This document shows positions 34,641 to 47,583 of a DNA stretch of 64,000 nucleotides, one piece after another. Numbering within the stretch: the stretch's first letter is position 1; every line of letters starts with the position of its first letter. Origin of the DNA: Pristiophorus japonicus. Lineage: Eukaryota. Location: the NCBI RefSeq assembly GCF_044704955.1, contig NC_091997.1:20274001-20338000 (forward strand), read 5' to 3'. The position numbers and the translations under genes are program-made. A model generated the notes under the pieces. It had not been told where the DNA came from, searched no databases, and saw only the letters and a program-made list of their open reading frames with translations.

Positions 34641-35581
34641 ATGGTGCCATCAGGCACTGATTGCATCTGTACCACAATAATGCAAGGTTAGTTTATTTAA
34701 ATATTTGTGTAGTATTCCCAGTACATAATGCATTACAAGCGAGGAGTGTCATGAGGGTCAGATGCTGGGATGCTGGCTGCCCTTTAAGCATCACTATGGT
34801 TTCAAAATCCTTTGGGGTGCAAAGACCCCTTTGAAGAATTGGTAGCTGGAGGCCAAGTACATCCACTGGCGTAAGTGCAGGATGGATCAATTCCAAGGCG
34901 AGATTGCTCAGGGACAACACTAAAACTAAACTCTGAGTGATGGAGCACTGCTCAGGCACTCCCGATAGCTTCATTAGACTTTGGCCTCATTTGAAGAAAA
35001 ATCGTGGCCTTAATGAGCCTTGTGCACGGTTGCTATGCCGACTGCTTATGCACTTGGTCCTTCCCAGCCGCATTGCCCTCCTTGATCACATTGGGCATGG
35101 AGTAGGCATCAGATCTTTGTACCCAATAATATGGAACACCAGTGGCTACCACTCTTCAGCACTTTTCATTGCCTTATTGACCCCATATAAATAGATCTAG
35201 ATCAATGCTGCTAGAGCTTGATATGGATTTGATTTACAGATTATACCAATCCAGGGAGAATTATAGATTAATATAAAATGCTAAACAGGTAGGTGTACAG
35301 CAATTGCACTGACAGTTGGGTATATGTCGAGGGACATAGTTAGATAGTTTAGTACAAAAACAAGAGAGAAGTAGAGAGAAATGTGGAAGGGAGAAGGGCA
35401 AAGAGGTAGATTCTCAAAGAAATTCATATCATTAAAAGACAAATACTAGCACAGACATTCTGCGATTCAATGCCTCAGCCAGACTAATCAAAAACACTCT
35501 CAGTTAACTAACAGTGCTTTTATGTGGTTTGGCACAGAGCAAGCAAAATTTATTGCCACAAATAGTTAGTTTATATTAATA

Positions 35582-35738
35582 CAAAAGCAAAATACTGCAG
35601 ATGCTGGAAATCTGAACTAGAAACAGAAACTGCGAGAAATACTCAGCAGGTCAGGCAGCATCTGTGGAGAGAGAAACAGAGTTAACGTTTCAGGTCCATG
35701 ACCTTTTCAGTTCTGAGTATTTCCAGCATTTTCTGTTT
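35582..35738 (-). mobile_element. Penelope-like pLTR fragment with short inverted arm
   Basis: AAAAGCAAAATACTGCAGATGCTGGAAATCTG...GTTAACGTTTCAGGTCCATGACC, then the inverted CTGAGTATTTCCAGCATTTTCTGTTT; hammerhead-like remnant on the minus strand. Confidence 0.7.
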
Positions 35739-36239
35739 CGATGTTAATTTAGATTACTTTAACTTCTATTTGTAGTTTGGAACATAGTGCTTTTGCTCAT
35801 TTAAATTCTGCAGAAATATCAAAGAGAAAAACAAGGCTACATGGGCACAGACGTTTACACGTGCAACTCAGTACAGTCTTAGACATGGAGAGGGACACTG
35901 TATGCCTTGGAGATTGAATAGGTAACTGTGATTATATAATTCAGCAGAGTTTAATGCTAAGTTGCTTTTATTTCCTCCAAAGTCATTTATCATCAAACTC
36001 TATGAAAAGCTGAGCTGGTGCTGTTCTTGTGGCAGGAGATATTGTTTCGGACAGCTGCTGTTTGATTTATGGAGGCTTGAAGGATTTCACGTAAAAAAAA
36101 AATGCTTTTTTGTTGGCTTTCAGATGTAAAAGCTTGTCATCTCGAGGCCCCACTGTGCGTGTGAGGAAGACTGATTATCTTAGCTCAGAGTACACAACTT
36201 AAAATGACTTCTAGAGTAAAAGTAGTTGCAGAATGTCTC

Positions 36240-36651
36240 CTGACTTTCCAAATGCTTTACAACCAGTAAAGTACTTTTGAAGTGCAGTCGCAGTGTAATA
36301 TAGGAAACAAAGCACCCAATTTGCACACAGCAAGCTCTTATCATTTCTCGCCTCTGAGATCGTCTGTTTTAGGTGCTGTTAAGAGATAGAATGTTGGCCT
36401 GAACACCGTGTGAAACTCTCCTGCACTTCTTCGAATACTGCTGCGGTATCTTTCACGTCCACCTGAGAGGGCAGACGGGGCCTCGGTACAAGACCTGAAA
36501 GATGCCACCTCCCACAACGCAGCACTCCCGCAGCACTGCACTCAGGTATCTATCTGCCTAGAGTTATGTGCTCAAGTCTCTGGAGTGGGACTTGAACTCC
36601 CCCACAACCTTCAGACTCAGAAATGTGAATGCTACCACTGAGCCACAGCTG
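36240..36651 (-). mobile_element. SacSINE1-like DeuSINE
   Basis: Minus head GCTGTGGCTCAGTGGTAGC...GTTCAAGTCCC and Deu core. Confidence 0.85.
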
Positions 36652-36668
36652 ACATTTACAGATAACTC

Positions 36669-36866
36669 TGTTGCAAATAGTATGTGTGTCAGACCAGACT
36701 GCTCGACACTGTGCACCAACCCTGTAAGTGCTATGTGTCCCTTCCCAGTGCACTGGTGCTAACATCAGACTGGTAGGGTTCCCAGAGCTTAAAAACTGGT
36801 GTGCTCAGGAATAAACACCCCTTTCCCCAAAATCCAGGTGATTCGTCTCTTGATTAAAGCACGACA
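36669..36866 (+). mobile_element. Possible old solo LTR
   Basis: TGTTGC...CACGACA with CTTAAAAA and AATAAA in LTR-like order; no TSD visible. Confidence 0.35.
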
Positions 36867-37280
36867 AGTTGGGAAGAATAGCTGCATGCGATCTGGAATA
36901 GTGGTCTTTCTTCAGCACTACCGAGATGTGGATAATTACTAACTGTGAATGAAACAGAACTTTATTAGGCTGTGTTTAGTTTGACAGTGCACTGGAAATG
37001 TAGATAAAACAACATTTAGGGAAGATCTTCACTATTCACTATTTGGAACAAAATCATAAAAGCATGTATGAAGAATGCAGTTGTGATTCAGCCATTTCTA
37101 GAGAACAGTAGGTCCCCTTGAAGTTACACTTTTGGTAAGGGACTAGTCAGGGGCCAGGGGGCCTGCATTCTTTCTCAGCACAATACCAGAGGCAGAATAT
37201 ATTGCCATTTTGGAGGTAGCAAGAGGCACGGACTGCACTGCTTGATACTGGGTATAAAAGGGAAACATGTTTCATCTCCT

Positions 37281-37314
37281 ACAAAGCAAAATATTGCGGA
37301 TGCTGGAAATCTAA
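37281..37314 (-). mobile_element. 34-bp Penelope-like terminal fragment with 14-bp TSD
   Basis: AAAGCAAAATATTGCGGATGCTGGAAATCT flanked by ATGTTTCATCTCCT at 37267-37280 and 37315-37328. Confidence 0.8.
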
Positions 37315-37574
37315 ATGTTTCATCTCCTGACTGGATCAGCACAATACCTTCAAGCAGACACGACTCTGGAGGTATGTTTTCCACCCTTTGGCAATTTTAT
37401 TAAGAAGTATACCTGAGGTATAACATGAGAAAATCCATTCAATATAGATGTTCGCAAAAGCAGGGAACTTGCTTTCTGGATACAAACATTTTCTAAAACA
37501 GAGTTTGAACTTTTAGCAAAATTATTGGCCCAGAAACTGCTGGAATGGCTCATCTCATGGCGAACAACCTGAAT

Positions 37575-37810
37575 TTCTTTTTATTCAGTCCTGGGATGTG
37601 GGCGTCGCTGGCAAGGCCAGCATTTATTGCCCATTCCTAATTGGCCTTGAGAAGGTGGTGGTGAACCACCTTCATGAACCATTGCAGTCCGTGTGGTGAA
37701 GGTACTCCCACGGTGCTGTTAGGAAGGGAGTTCCAGGATTTTGACCCAGTAACGATGAAGGAAAGGAGATATATTTACAAGTCAGGATGGGGTGTGACTT
37801 GGAGGAGAAC
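37575..37810 (-). mobile_element. CR1-clade LINE (second family) 3' end
   Basis: Reverse-complement homolog of 19250-19485. Confidence 0.8.
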
Positions 37811-38228
37811 TTGAACTTTTTACCTCACCCTTCAGATCACACGATATACACCGCACATTGCTAGAAATGCGAATTGATAAAGGCGCAGAGATGTCAACGT
37901 CACATCAGGGACTGCATGAATGTCATGGCCAGTCGACTATCTCCTTAACCAATGAAACAAAAGGATAGAGAAACACAGCGGATGACGGAGAAGGAAATTA
38001 GTCAAATTAGTGACAGAAAGAGAAATAAAGAGAGGGAAAGAAAAAGAGAGAGAAAGAGAGAGAGAGAAGAGGCAGAAAGAAAAAGCAAGATATTTTAAAG
38101 AACAAGCAGACGAAGAGGACATTGTAAACCAGTTGTGTTTGGGAATTATTGTAGAAGTTATGAGTGAATGGTAGGGTCGGTATGCGAAATATACAAACAT
38201 TCTTTAACCATGCATGATCAGGAACAAT

Positions 38229-39308
38229 GGGCCCAAGTTTCGGATGGAGTTGCTCCTATTTTTTTGTTTAATTTGGAGTATCTTAGAAATCGCAATTCTC
38301 GGCATTTAGTTTGCTCCAGTTCTAATGAGTTAGTTTAGTTTTGTTTTAGTTCCCTTTTTTTTCCAAAAGTGGGTGTTACCAGCAACTTACGCCTGTTTTG
38401 CAAGTTTAGGCAGCGAAAAGTTACTCCAAACTAACTTAGAACGGAGTAAGTGTCGACTTTTGTATGCTCAGAAAAACCTTTAGAAATTAGGCGCAGGTAG
38501 CCAAAGATGGGGGCGGGGAGGGGAGGGCGGAGGAAGGCAAGTTAGAGGGAAGTTAGGGGATTTTCCAAAGCATTAAACACTTCACTTTTAGCAATAAAGA
38601 GCCATCATCAATAATAAATGAGAAGTAAATCAATAAGTCAACCAATAAATCGATCAATAAATAAGAAATTAAAAGTTTCTACTCACCTACTGCAGCACCT
38701 GTCTGTTCAGGAGCACTGGGAGCCCTCCAACAGCACACACAGCCCTGCCTGCCGAAGAGCTGGTCCGGGCCGGCCCCACAGCCGAGGAGGTGTTCGGGCG
38801 GGGCCCGCCACCAGGGAGGAGTTTGGGCGGGCCCCGCCGCCGAGGAGATGATCGGGTGGACCCCGCCGAAGAGCTGGTCAGGCTGCCTCATCACAGACGT
38901 GGAGTTTGGGTGGGCCGACGAGGAGGTCTCGAGGTAAGGGCAGTGGCGACGAGGCGAGGTAAAGGACGGTGAGGCAGGCAGGCCACTCGGCCCGGGATAG
39001 GGGCGGCGAACATCACAACGTCCCTTCGGCCAGGGATAGGGTCGCCCAGAGACAGGACGCGCTGGGAGGGCCAGGAGCTACTGCGCACGCGCACAGACTC
39101 CACTGCGCACGCGTGCAGCTGCCGGCACTCTTTTCGGCACAGGGCTGTAGCTCTGCCCCCAGCTGCTTGTGCTGTGCCGCGCCGACTGCTAACAGGCCTG
39201 CTGAACACCGAGAATTGCGAGGTAAGTTTTAGGCGCGCTTTTAATTACACAAAATAGGCGGGCCTCTCGAAGATGCGCTGTTCTGCGGGACAGCTGAAAC
39301 TTGGGCCC
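38229..39308. mobile_element. Harbinger-type MITE with perfect 13-bp TIR and 3-bp TSD
   Basis: GGGCCCAAGTTTC / GAAACTTGGGCCC; AAT at 38226-38228 and 39309-39311. Confidence 0.93.
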
Positions 39309-39868
39309 AATAGAACTGCTGCCATTGGAACATAGGAATTGCTAGAAGAAAAAGACTAAGATGCATCTAGTCTACCTTCTACCATCCTGGTAGTCACATG
39401 ACAAAACAATAATGGAGTTGCTGACTAATCATAATAATCATTCTCAATGAATTAGTCTGCAACACACCCAGACATGAGGTGAGGAAAACCCCAATTGCGG
39501 AGAGTTTTGGGAACCATAGGTCCAAATTCAACTTTTTCTTGCCGATCACACTAAACTTACCATGCGTGTCTCAAATGTTATATTCTGAACAAAATCTATC
39601 CAATCTATAATTCTGAATGGTTGAAACTGCTTTGCATCCTGAAAATGATTACCTTCCAATGCAAATAGGAGTGTTGATGGCAAGACTGGCACAAAACTAC
39701 TGCCAGGACAAATGAAAAGCTTTGAAATAAAACCTCTAGGAACAATTTACTAACTGTGGGAGTGAGACTTTACCGCTTCATTGTTGTCTATCTGGGTCTC
39801 CAAAGTTGAGTGTCATGTCAGGACCATAAATCACATCATGAACAGGGTCCTTACCACATGAAGTACCA

Positions 39869-40135
39869 GCCCTAAATAGCTGTGGAGAGATTAATTTGCA
39901 TTAATAACGTAAATGCACCAATTTCATGACACGCAATGAACTTCAATGGGGAGGCTCCGAACGAGGTTTAATTTTTTTTGGTTCTGTCAAGACCAAAGGC
40001 AAATCATCCAGGAATTTGCGGAGAATCGAAACACATGGCGTATCTCCTCTTCACCACAAATCGCTGGATCTATTACGAATTAATAGTAGATAGCTCCGTG
40101 AATGCTTCATTATTTTCTCCAGCAATTTCTGGGCC
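39869..40135. mobile_element. Old short Harbinger-type MITE
   Basis: Right end TTATTTTCTCCAGCAATTTCTGGGCC followed by AAT; degenerate left end GCCCTAAATAGCTGTGGAGAGATTAAT. Confidence 0.5.
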
Positions 40136-42039
40136 AATCATTTTTTAAATTTTTTTTAAGTGCCACAGAAGAGATACTCCAGCACACTAGCGGTGATTGG
40201 AGTCATACAGGGGAATACGCAGCAAATTCCTCAAAATTCTTTTCAGAGTGAGGGATGAAGCCATTGATCCGTGAAAAGTCTTGAAGTCTGGACTCAGACA
40301 AGTCCTAAGTGATTGGAGCCCTTCGCTTCCTAATGCTTTCGACTCAAATACAAAAACAACAGGGGTAAAGATGCTGTCAGTGTTCCAGTGCTTGTCTGAT
40401 TGAAAGGTTTTGGCGAGAGATGCCACCTGTCACAAGTAGTTATCATTAGAGCCCTCCATAGCTTACTCAATCGGTCTCTGGAGTATTAGTATATCTTGCT
40501 TTCACCGGATTCATTTTAAAAACAGCACGTCTTGTCATATGAGAGTAATCCTCCAGCTGGTGTAGGTAGAAGCCAACAATCTGGACAGGGTACTGTACCT
40601 GCTCGTTTTGAAGGTGAATAAATAACTAATCTTATTAAAATCTCAGATGTAGATTGACGCAAGCAGTTTTGTGTCAAAATATTTCTGTCCTTTAAGCCAA
40701 GAGGAGAAAGCGAAGGAAAAAGATAATATCTTACTTTATACAAGGCAGTAAAAGTGTGGAGCACTTACAGGTTGGATGCAGCACCAAATTGTCTCCAAGG
40801 TTACTGACCAAGAGCTGGAAAATGGGATTAAACCGGATAGCTCTTTGTCGCTGGCAAGGACACAATGGGCCGAAATGGCCGCCTTCCGTGCTGTAAATTT
40901 CTATGTTTCTATGATTTATATAGTACATCCATGCATTACACTATAAGATTAACACTGGTGCACAGTTGTTTTGGCTTGGCATCAGTGTTAAATTTGTGGC
41001 ATGTAGATCAGGTGTCAAGGGTTGAACTGACACCAAAAGCAAAAGGAGGAGCGAGACTACCTCCTCCAGGGAATCTCACACCACTTAGGCCAGGATCTGG
41101 TCAGGTTTAGTTTGAATTTATACCATAATTGCAGCTTTACACCCATGCTAAAATTATTGTTCTTGACTCCAGAGCAAGAACCAACTTACTCAATGAAAAT
41201 ACCCGTGACATAATAGCACATACTGGGACCTAATTTACATTCAGAAGTCATGGTAAATTGGCACCACAATGCAATTTTAGCTCAGAAAATCGAGAGGTAC
41301 AAATGGGGCCAAGCCCGACGTCCAGACTTGGCGGGAGTCAGCAGAGTGGCCAGAAGAGGCCAAGGTGTGTATTTTTATTTAACTTTTTTGAAGATTCCTT
41401 GTATGAGTGTTACCCTCGGCCCCACAAGGATTCCTTGGGCCTTCTCAGCCCCAGCCTTGCTTCTCTGTTCCAGCTCCAGCCAGCACGAACTGCCATTCCC
41501 TTAGGTCCCCTGTGCTGTTGGGCTCCCGCCCGAATTTCCATTCCCACCCGCCAGCCTTGACATCACACCTGCCGGGTCTGGGCAGGAGACAGCTCGGACA
41601 AATGATAACCAGGCCCCGGGTGTTCAAACGGTCCATGGCCACCCGTACAACTCTTCACAGGGGACTCCCAGCCGCCAGGACCCTTCCCAGGATTGCCCTG
41701 CACCGATTCAAAAATCAAGGGCTAAAGATATTTGTGGACCTTTCACGTTCTGACTTGTACGCGAATAGTCTCATTAAACCGTCGTCAACATTGTCAGCAG
41801 CTGGGTAAAGTATTCTCGTTTTTCAATACTCCAAGAAGAGAATTCATAAAATGATCCTCCGTTCAAATCCAAAGATTTTAGGTCGGATTTTAAAACCCCC
41901 ACGCCAGATGAGAAGAGGAGATTAAAATATCTTCAGCGTGGTACTCATCTTGTGCATGCTGTACTCGTGCCCCATGATATTTTAACAGGCACATTTTAGG
42001 CAGCTTCTGCCCCCGGCATGTGGCAGCCTTGTTGAGAAA

Positions 42040-42501
42040 GAATGAAGGACTTGCATTTATATAGTGCCTTTTATGGCCACTGGACATCTCAGAGTGCTCC
42101 ACAGCCAATGAAGTACTTTTGAAGCGTAGTCACTGTTTTAATGTGGGAGACGCAGCAGTCAACTTGCGCACAGCAAGCTCCCACAAACAACATTGTGACA
42201 ATGACCAGATAATCTGTTTCTGTTATGTTGATTGAGCGATAAATGTTGGCCAGGACACCGGGGATAACTCCCCTGTTCTTCTTCAAAATACTGTCATGGG
42301 ATCTTTTACGTCCACCCAAGAGAGCAAACAGGGCCTCGGTTTAACATCTCAACCAAAAGAATACACCTCCGACAGTGCAGCACTCCCTCAGCACTGCACT
42401 GGAGTGTCAGCCTGGATTTATGTGCTCAAGTCTGCAGAGTGGGACTTGAGCCCACAACCTTCCGACTCAGAGATGGGTGTGCTATCCACTGAGCCACGGC
42501 T
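42040..42501 (-). mobile_element. Full-length SacSINE1-like DeuSINE
   Basis: tRNA-like head (GCCGTGGCTCAGTGG...GCTCAAGTCCC), Deu core and L2-like tail. Confidence 0.9.
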
Positions 42502-43831
42502 AAGATGCAAAAGTCGAGGTCGGATGACGTTATTGAGACATTGATGTTATTTTAACCCCATGTTAGCGTGGCTGACAGATAAAGCCAACCACGCCATTTA
42601 AAGACTACCATCACCCTGCGTCGTGTCTGCCTGAGCGTATCAACTCCAACTGCGGAGGGCTGCTTTTATCTTGCTCCGTGTGTAAGATGGAGGAAGAAGA
42701 GAAGAAGGGTCGGAGACAAGCAAATGGATTGGGTCCATTGAAGCTCATCCCTCTAGCACTCCAACTTTCCCATCTCAGCATCCAATTGCATTTTGAATAA
42801 TCTCTCCCTCGCGCCCTGCAAGGCAGATTATTCCAATTTACTGAGTAAAGATATTCTTAATATCGGTTTTACGCTTACTTTTCACCAATTTAATGTCTTA
42901 CCGTCTTGCTTTACTCTGAAATAACAGGCCTAGCTTACCTAACCTATATCATTTAATATTTTGTACACCCGAACTTCCTTGACAGACAGAAGGAACGGAC
43001 GCCCATCTCAATGTGGTTATGGAAAATATGCACCGCTCTCTGAAATGGCTTCAACCAGATGGTTTACAGCTTGACTCGGTGACTGGGAACAAAAGATTAA
43101 GGAGGTTGGATCACTGGTTTGTTAACTCACTCTATTCATTTCCCCTCAAATGCCCTTGCCCATCAACTTCAGGCACACTGTCACTCAGAGACCTTTCCAA
43201 GACATCATATGACCGAACTGCAGGGCATGTCCGAGCAATCTCTTGGCTCACTGCAACAAAAGATCCCCACGACATTGAGGCAGACCATTTTCAGCTTCCC
43301 AGCTCGTATCCTTTTAACCCACAGTTCAAGAGCGGTTTGCCTCTGTAAGGAATTTGTTGGTATTTTAAAATCATATTTTACCTTTGTCCAAAAAGATAAC
43401 TTTTCGGAAGCGTACTCCCCATTTTCCTTTTTTATCTGCTCATAAATCTAAATCAAAATTCTCTTCATTCGTGAAAGGGTTGCAAGCTGTGAGATGTTTC
43501 ATCAGGCACATTGCTTTTACTTCCAATGTTGAAGCCAGGCACATGAGACATGCCTGTTCACAAGTAAATATGATTGACTGAATGAAGCTACTTCATTGGT
43601 GTAAAATATCTGGATGGAATCAACAACTCAAAAGCGAATGGGGTGCTATCTCGTTATAAGGACTCATGAAATATTCATTCACTGTGCTGTTCTTTATAGA
43701 TCGTATTTTCCAATCGTCAGCTAGGTCTACATGCCTAAGGCCCCAAACTTCAAGAGTAGTTTCTTCATGTTGCTGTGTGAAATTGTAGTCTCTTTCTCCT
43801 GTGATTTGCGTGAGTAATTTGAGCAGGTTAT

Positions 43832-44546
43832 GGAGGCAGAATTGCCCCCTTTTATAGCTCCCGTTAGTGCCTCTGAGGATTTTAGCCTGGGGGAGGGGGG
43901 GCGCTACCGCCGCCCTGTAAATTACCGTGGAGGTTTGGGAGGTGCTGTCCCCCATAATTAGCGCCCTGAGCCAGCGCGCAACCGGTGATGACGTCAGCGC
44001 CGTGCGCACCGACCCTTTTCTGCCCCACGAAGGAAAATGCCCCGCGGGTCGCGAGGCTGGCGTGGGCGGATGTCAAAGCCGGCTTCGCGGGTTGCAAAGT
44101 TAGTGGACATCCGCTGCCGGGGCGCCCCTTAAAGGGGAGAGGCCTGTAGCACCCCGGGCCGCCATCTTTATTTGTCGGCCGACTCTAGAGTCAGCCGGAC
44201 AATGGCGGCCCTCGCGCCGACAGGGCCACCATCGTGCAGCCCGGCACTTCGTTTTGGGCGCCAGTTCACTGGCCCCGTCAGTCGTGTCCCTCGTGGCCCG
44301 GTGGGGGCCAACATGGGGCCTGCAGAGTGCGCAGCGGCCCTCCCCTTTAATGGAAGTGCCACGCTACCATCCTGGGAGCGCCTCTCAAAGGGGGCGGAGT
44401 GTCGGACTCAGCGCTCAGTTTCCTTTCAGAGGCATACGGCCCAATTCCATGTCGGGGTCGGGGGCGGAACTTCCCGGCCGGGGGCAGGAAGTCCTGGCAC
44501 CATAAGGTTACCGCCCCCAATCGGGGCGAGGGGCATTTTCTCGCCC
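43832..44546. mobile_element. Harbinger-type MITE, CpG-rich
   Basis: Imperfect TIR GGAGGCAGAATTGCCCC / GGGGCATTTTCTCGCCC; TAT at 43829-43831 and 44547-44549. Confidence 0.8.
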
Positions 44547-45068
44547 TATGATTCTGTGCCTCTTCATATGGCTGCTCTGAAATGAATTCCAACTGCAACT
44601 TAGACGAATTGCTAGCAGTGTTCCACTGTCTTGCGTTTGAAATTTCAAACAACAAAATTCCCTCTGTTCCACTGCACTCATTTAAAAATTAATTACCGTT
44701 TTGATGCGAAATATTGCGATTAGCTATAAACACTAAAAGACTTTATTCCACATGGGATTTTACTGGTCCCAAAGTTGTGTTACCACTGACAGAGAACTTG
44801 CTCTGATGCGAATGCTAATAGGAAAGACTAGTTTTTAAACAGACAATCCTTTAATTAGTGTCATTTAATTTTGGGAAACAGTAGAACTAGCTAAACGTGT
44901 GCTTCAGGGGCAATGCGTGGTATTACATACTGCAAGCACAGTGCACGTCTCCTATTTGTATAAGCAAGTTTCCACAATCTAAGGTTACATAGAATAACAC
45001 AGAGTCTACAGCACACAAATCGGCCATTCGACCCAACTTGTCTATGCTGATGCTTATACTCCACACGA

Positions 45069-45761
45069 ACGATGTACAGTAGACACCTCAAGTTGCTGGA
45101 GAAATACCACCAACGATGCCTCCGCAAGATCCTACAAATCCCCTGGGAGGACAGACGGACCAACATTAGCGTCCTCGACAGGCCAACATCCCCAGCATTG
45201 AAGCACTGACCACACTTGATCAGTTCCAATGGGTAGGCCACATTGTCCGCATGCCAGACATGAGACTCCCAAAGCAAGCGCTCTACTCGGAACTCCTTCA
45301 CGGCAAACGAGCCAAAGGTGGGTAGAGGAAACGTTACAGGGACACCCTCAAAGCCTCCCTGAAAAAGTGCAACATCCCCATTGACACCTGGGAGTCCCTG
45401 GCCAAAGACCGCCCAATAAATGGAGGAAGTGCATCGGGAGGGCGCTGAGCATGCTGTCTGCCATGCTGCTTCAGCACTCTGGAGTTTGATTAAAGAGACT
45501 AAGGTCACACCAGTTTGAGCTTACAGCACACAGTCTTGTGAGGTTATTCTGAACATAACAGAGAGCATGCAGAAATCAAGTGCAGGCAGCAGAAAGAGCA
45601 TGTGGCAAACCTGTCCCACCCACCCTTTCCCTCAACGACTATCTGTCCCACCTGTGACAGGGACTGTGGCTCTCGTATTGGACTGGTCAACCATCTAAGA
45701 GTAGAAGCAAGTCTTCCTTGATTCTGAGGGACTGCCTATGATGATGATGATGATGATGACG
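45069..45761 (+). mobile_element. RTE LINE 3' fragment with 11-bp TSD
   Basis: LEKYHQRCLRKILQI...R.PKQALYSEL coding and (GAT)n tail; ACTCCACACGA at 45058-45068 and 45762-45772. Confidence 0.92.
45452..45560 (+). mobile_element. 3' part of an LTR inserted in the RTE
   Basis: CTCTGGAGTT...AAGGTCAC..CAGTTTGAG...ACATAACA resembles 10780-10874; absent from the RTE copy at ~55960. Confidence 0.75.
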
Positions 45762-46081
45762 ACTCCACACGAGCCTCCACCCACTCTAATTACCTCTTGC
45801 CACCCTGGACCCATATCCCTCTATTTCCTTCTCCCTCATGTATGCACCAGCCTCCGCTTAAATGCATCAATTCAATCTGCTTCAATCACTACATTCGGTA
45901 GCGAATTCCACATTTTCGGTGTAGAGAAATTCCTCCCAAATTATTTGCTTAATCTGTCAGTAGCTATCTTATATGAATGCCCCTTGTACCCACAAGTGGA
46001 TACAAGTTTCCCCATGTACACTTATCGAACCTCTTCATAAATTTCAAGGCAACTATTTCCACTTAGGCTTCTCTTTTCCAG

Positions 46082-46425
46082 AGGCTGGCTGACATCCGCT
46101 CCCGAGGTGCTGTTTAAGGGGAGTCCTGCAGCGCCCCGGGCCGCCATCTTTTGTTAGTGGGTCAACTCTCGGGTCGGCTCGACCATGGCGGCCCTGATGT
46201 GGACCGGCCGCCATCGTGCAGCCCGGCACTCCGTCCGCTGGCCCGGCCTCGCACGCCCCTGGCGGCCCAATGGCGGCCACCAAACGGCCATGCAGAGTGC
46301 GCCGTGGCCCCTCCCCTTTAATGGAAGGGGAGGGACGTTGAAGCACATCTCAGTGGCACGCTACCACCCCAACACCGCCCCCCTACCGCTGAGGGGCGTA
46401 AGGCTCAATTCCGCGTCGGGCGCGG
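46082..46425. mobile_element. Internal fragment of the 43832-44546 MITE family
   Basis: Shared CCCCGGGCCGCCATCTT and CCATCGTGCAGCCCGGCACT. Confidence 0.75.
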
Positions 46426-46615
46426 TACAACCCTCTGAGTGAAGAAATTGCTCCTTAGCTCAGTCTTAAATGGACGACCCCTTATCCTGAGACTATGTCT
46501 CGACTCTCCAGCCGGGGGAAACAACCTCTCACCATCTATCCTGTCAATCCGCCTCAGACTCTTATATGTTTCAATGAGATCACCTCTCATTCATCTAAAC
46601 TACAGAGATTATAGG
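46426..46615 (-). mobile_element. CR1 ORF2 C-terminal fragment
   Basis: MRGDLIETYK...NFFTQRVV in ORF 46405-46590. Confidence 0.85.
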
Positions 46616-47034
46616 TAGATTTAAAGCATTATACTTTTGGAATGGGACACCTTAGAAAGACTTGGGGCCATTTAGGAGAATTCTCCATTTTGGAGGAGTC
46701 TTACCTATTGGCAGGGCATATTAGAAAATCACCTCCATTATCTAGTCCCAGGCATATGAAATACAAGATGAATTGATTCAATAAGATGAAATGCAGATTA
46801 GCATCAATAATGATGAAAGTAGGGCTATAGATTCTTAAAATTTTAGCAGATCCCTTTAAGTTAAATTGTTCCTTTGGTTAGTGAGAGCTCAATTGCATTG
46901 TACAGATACAGTAATGGAGAGGTCAATTAGAGTTAAATAGCTTTTCTGGCTGCAAGCAACAACCCAGGATGAAATATATGATTTCCTTTCTCTCAAGTAT
47001 AATTGTCAAGATATTTTATTAAGTTAAAGACTAT

Positions 47035-47583
47035 GGGAGAGAAACTTGCCTCCTTTGTGCCTCCGGTTAGTGCCTCCGTGGGGCGATAACGGGGCACTAA
47101 CGGCTTACCGACCGGGCGTGGCAAAAGTACCGACATCCGCGAACTTCCTTTGCAGGTTAGCGCTGGTGGTATTTAAAGGGATTGGTGGTCAGGTAGACCA
47201 AAAAATCATTCTCGCCTCTCTCTGCTTGTTTTTGTTTTTTTCTCCTGCCGTGATTGATCGGCCCGGCACTCTGTTCGAGTGCTTATGGCTGATCGTCGCG
47301 GATCACAGGTGCTGTCGCCGAGCAGTCTATTTTTTTCCTTGCAGAGCCCTCAGCAATGGTCTTTCCCTTAAAGGAAGGGAAGGAGCCTGTGATTCTGATA
47401 GTGCATTATGTAGCGCTTTGCCTCTTGCCTCGTTTTACGCTGCAAGGGAAGTGGTAACGCTTGATTTAGCGCTCCACTTCTCTCCTGAAGCGCTAAACCG
47501 GAAGTTCGTGTCCACTGGAATTGGTTCTCTGCACTCCCACAAAAGTTATCGCCCCAAGCGGGGCACTACGCAATTTCTAGCCC
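47035..47583. mobile_element. Harbinger-type MITE
   Basis: GGGAGAGAAACTTGC / GCAATTTCTAGCCC; TAT at 47032-47034 and 47584-47586. Confidence 0.82.

Larger units (their letters stand above)
44988..46080 (-). mobile_element. Old CR1 3' end split by an RTE insertion
   Basis: Tail and GGCCATTCG motif at 44988-45068; continues at 45762-46080. Confidence 0.7.

Noticed and set aside
40187-40426. Possible minus-strand host exon after TTGTGACAG
   Set aside because: Weak pyrimidine tract, no recognisable protein similarity and no partner exons.
43013-43581. Possible host exons
   Set aside because: The AG...GT-bounded minus-strand segment 43382-43552 has stops in all three frames, and the other ORFs show no recognisable domain.
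45738-46040. Poly-Met ORF (also 19991-20206)
   Set aside because: Produced by (GAT)n runs: the RTE tail here and a microsatellite inside the MITE at ~20040.
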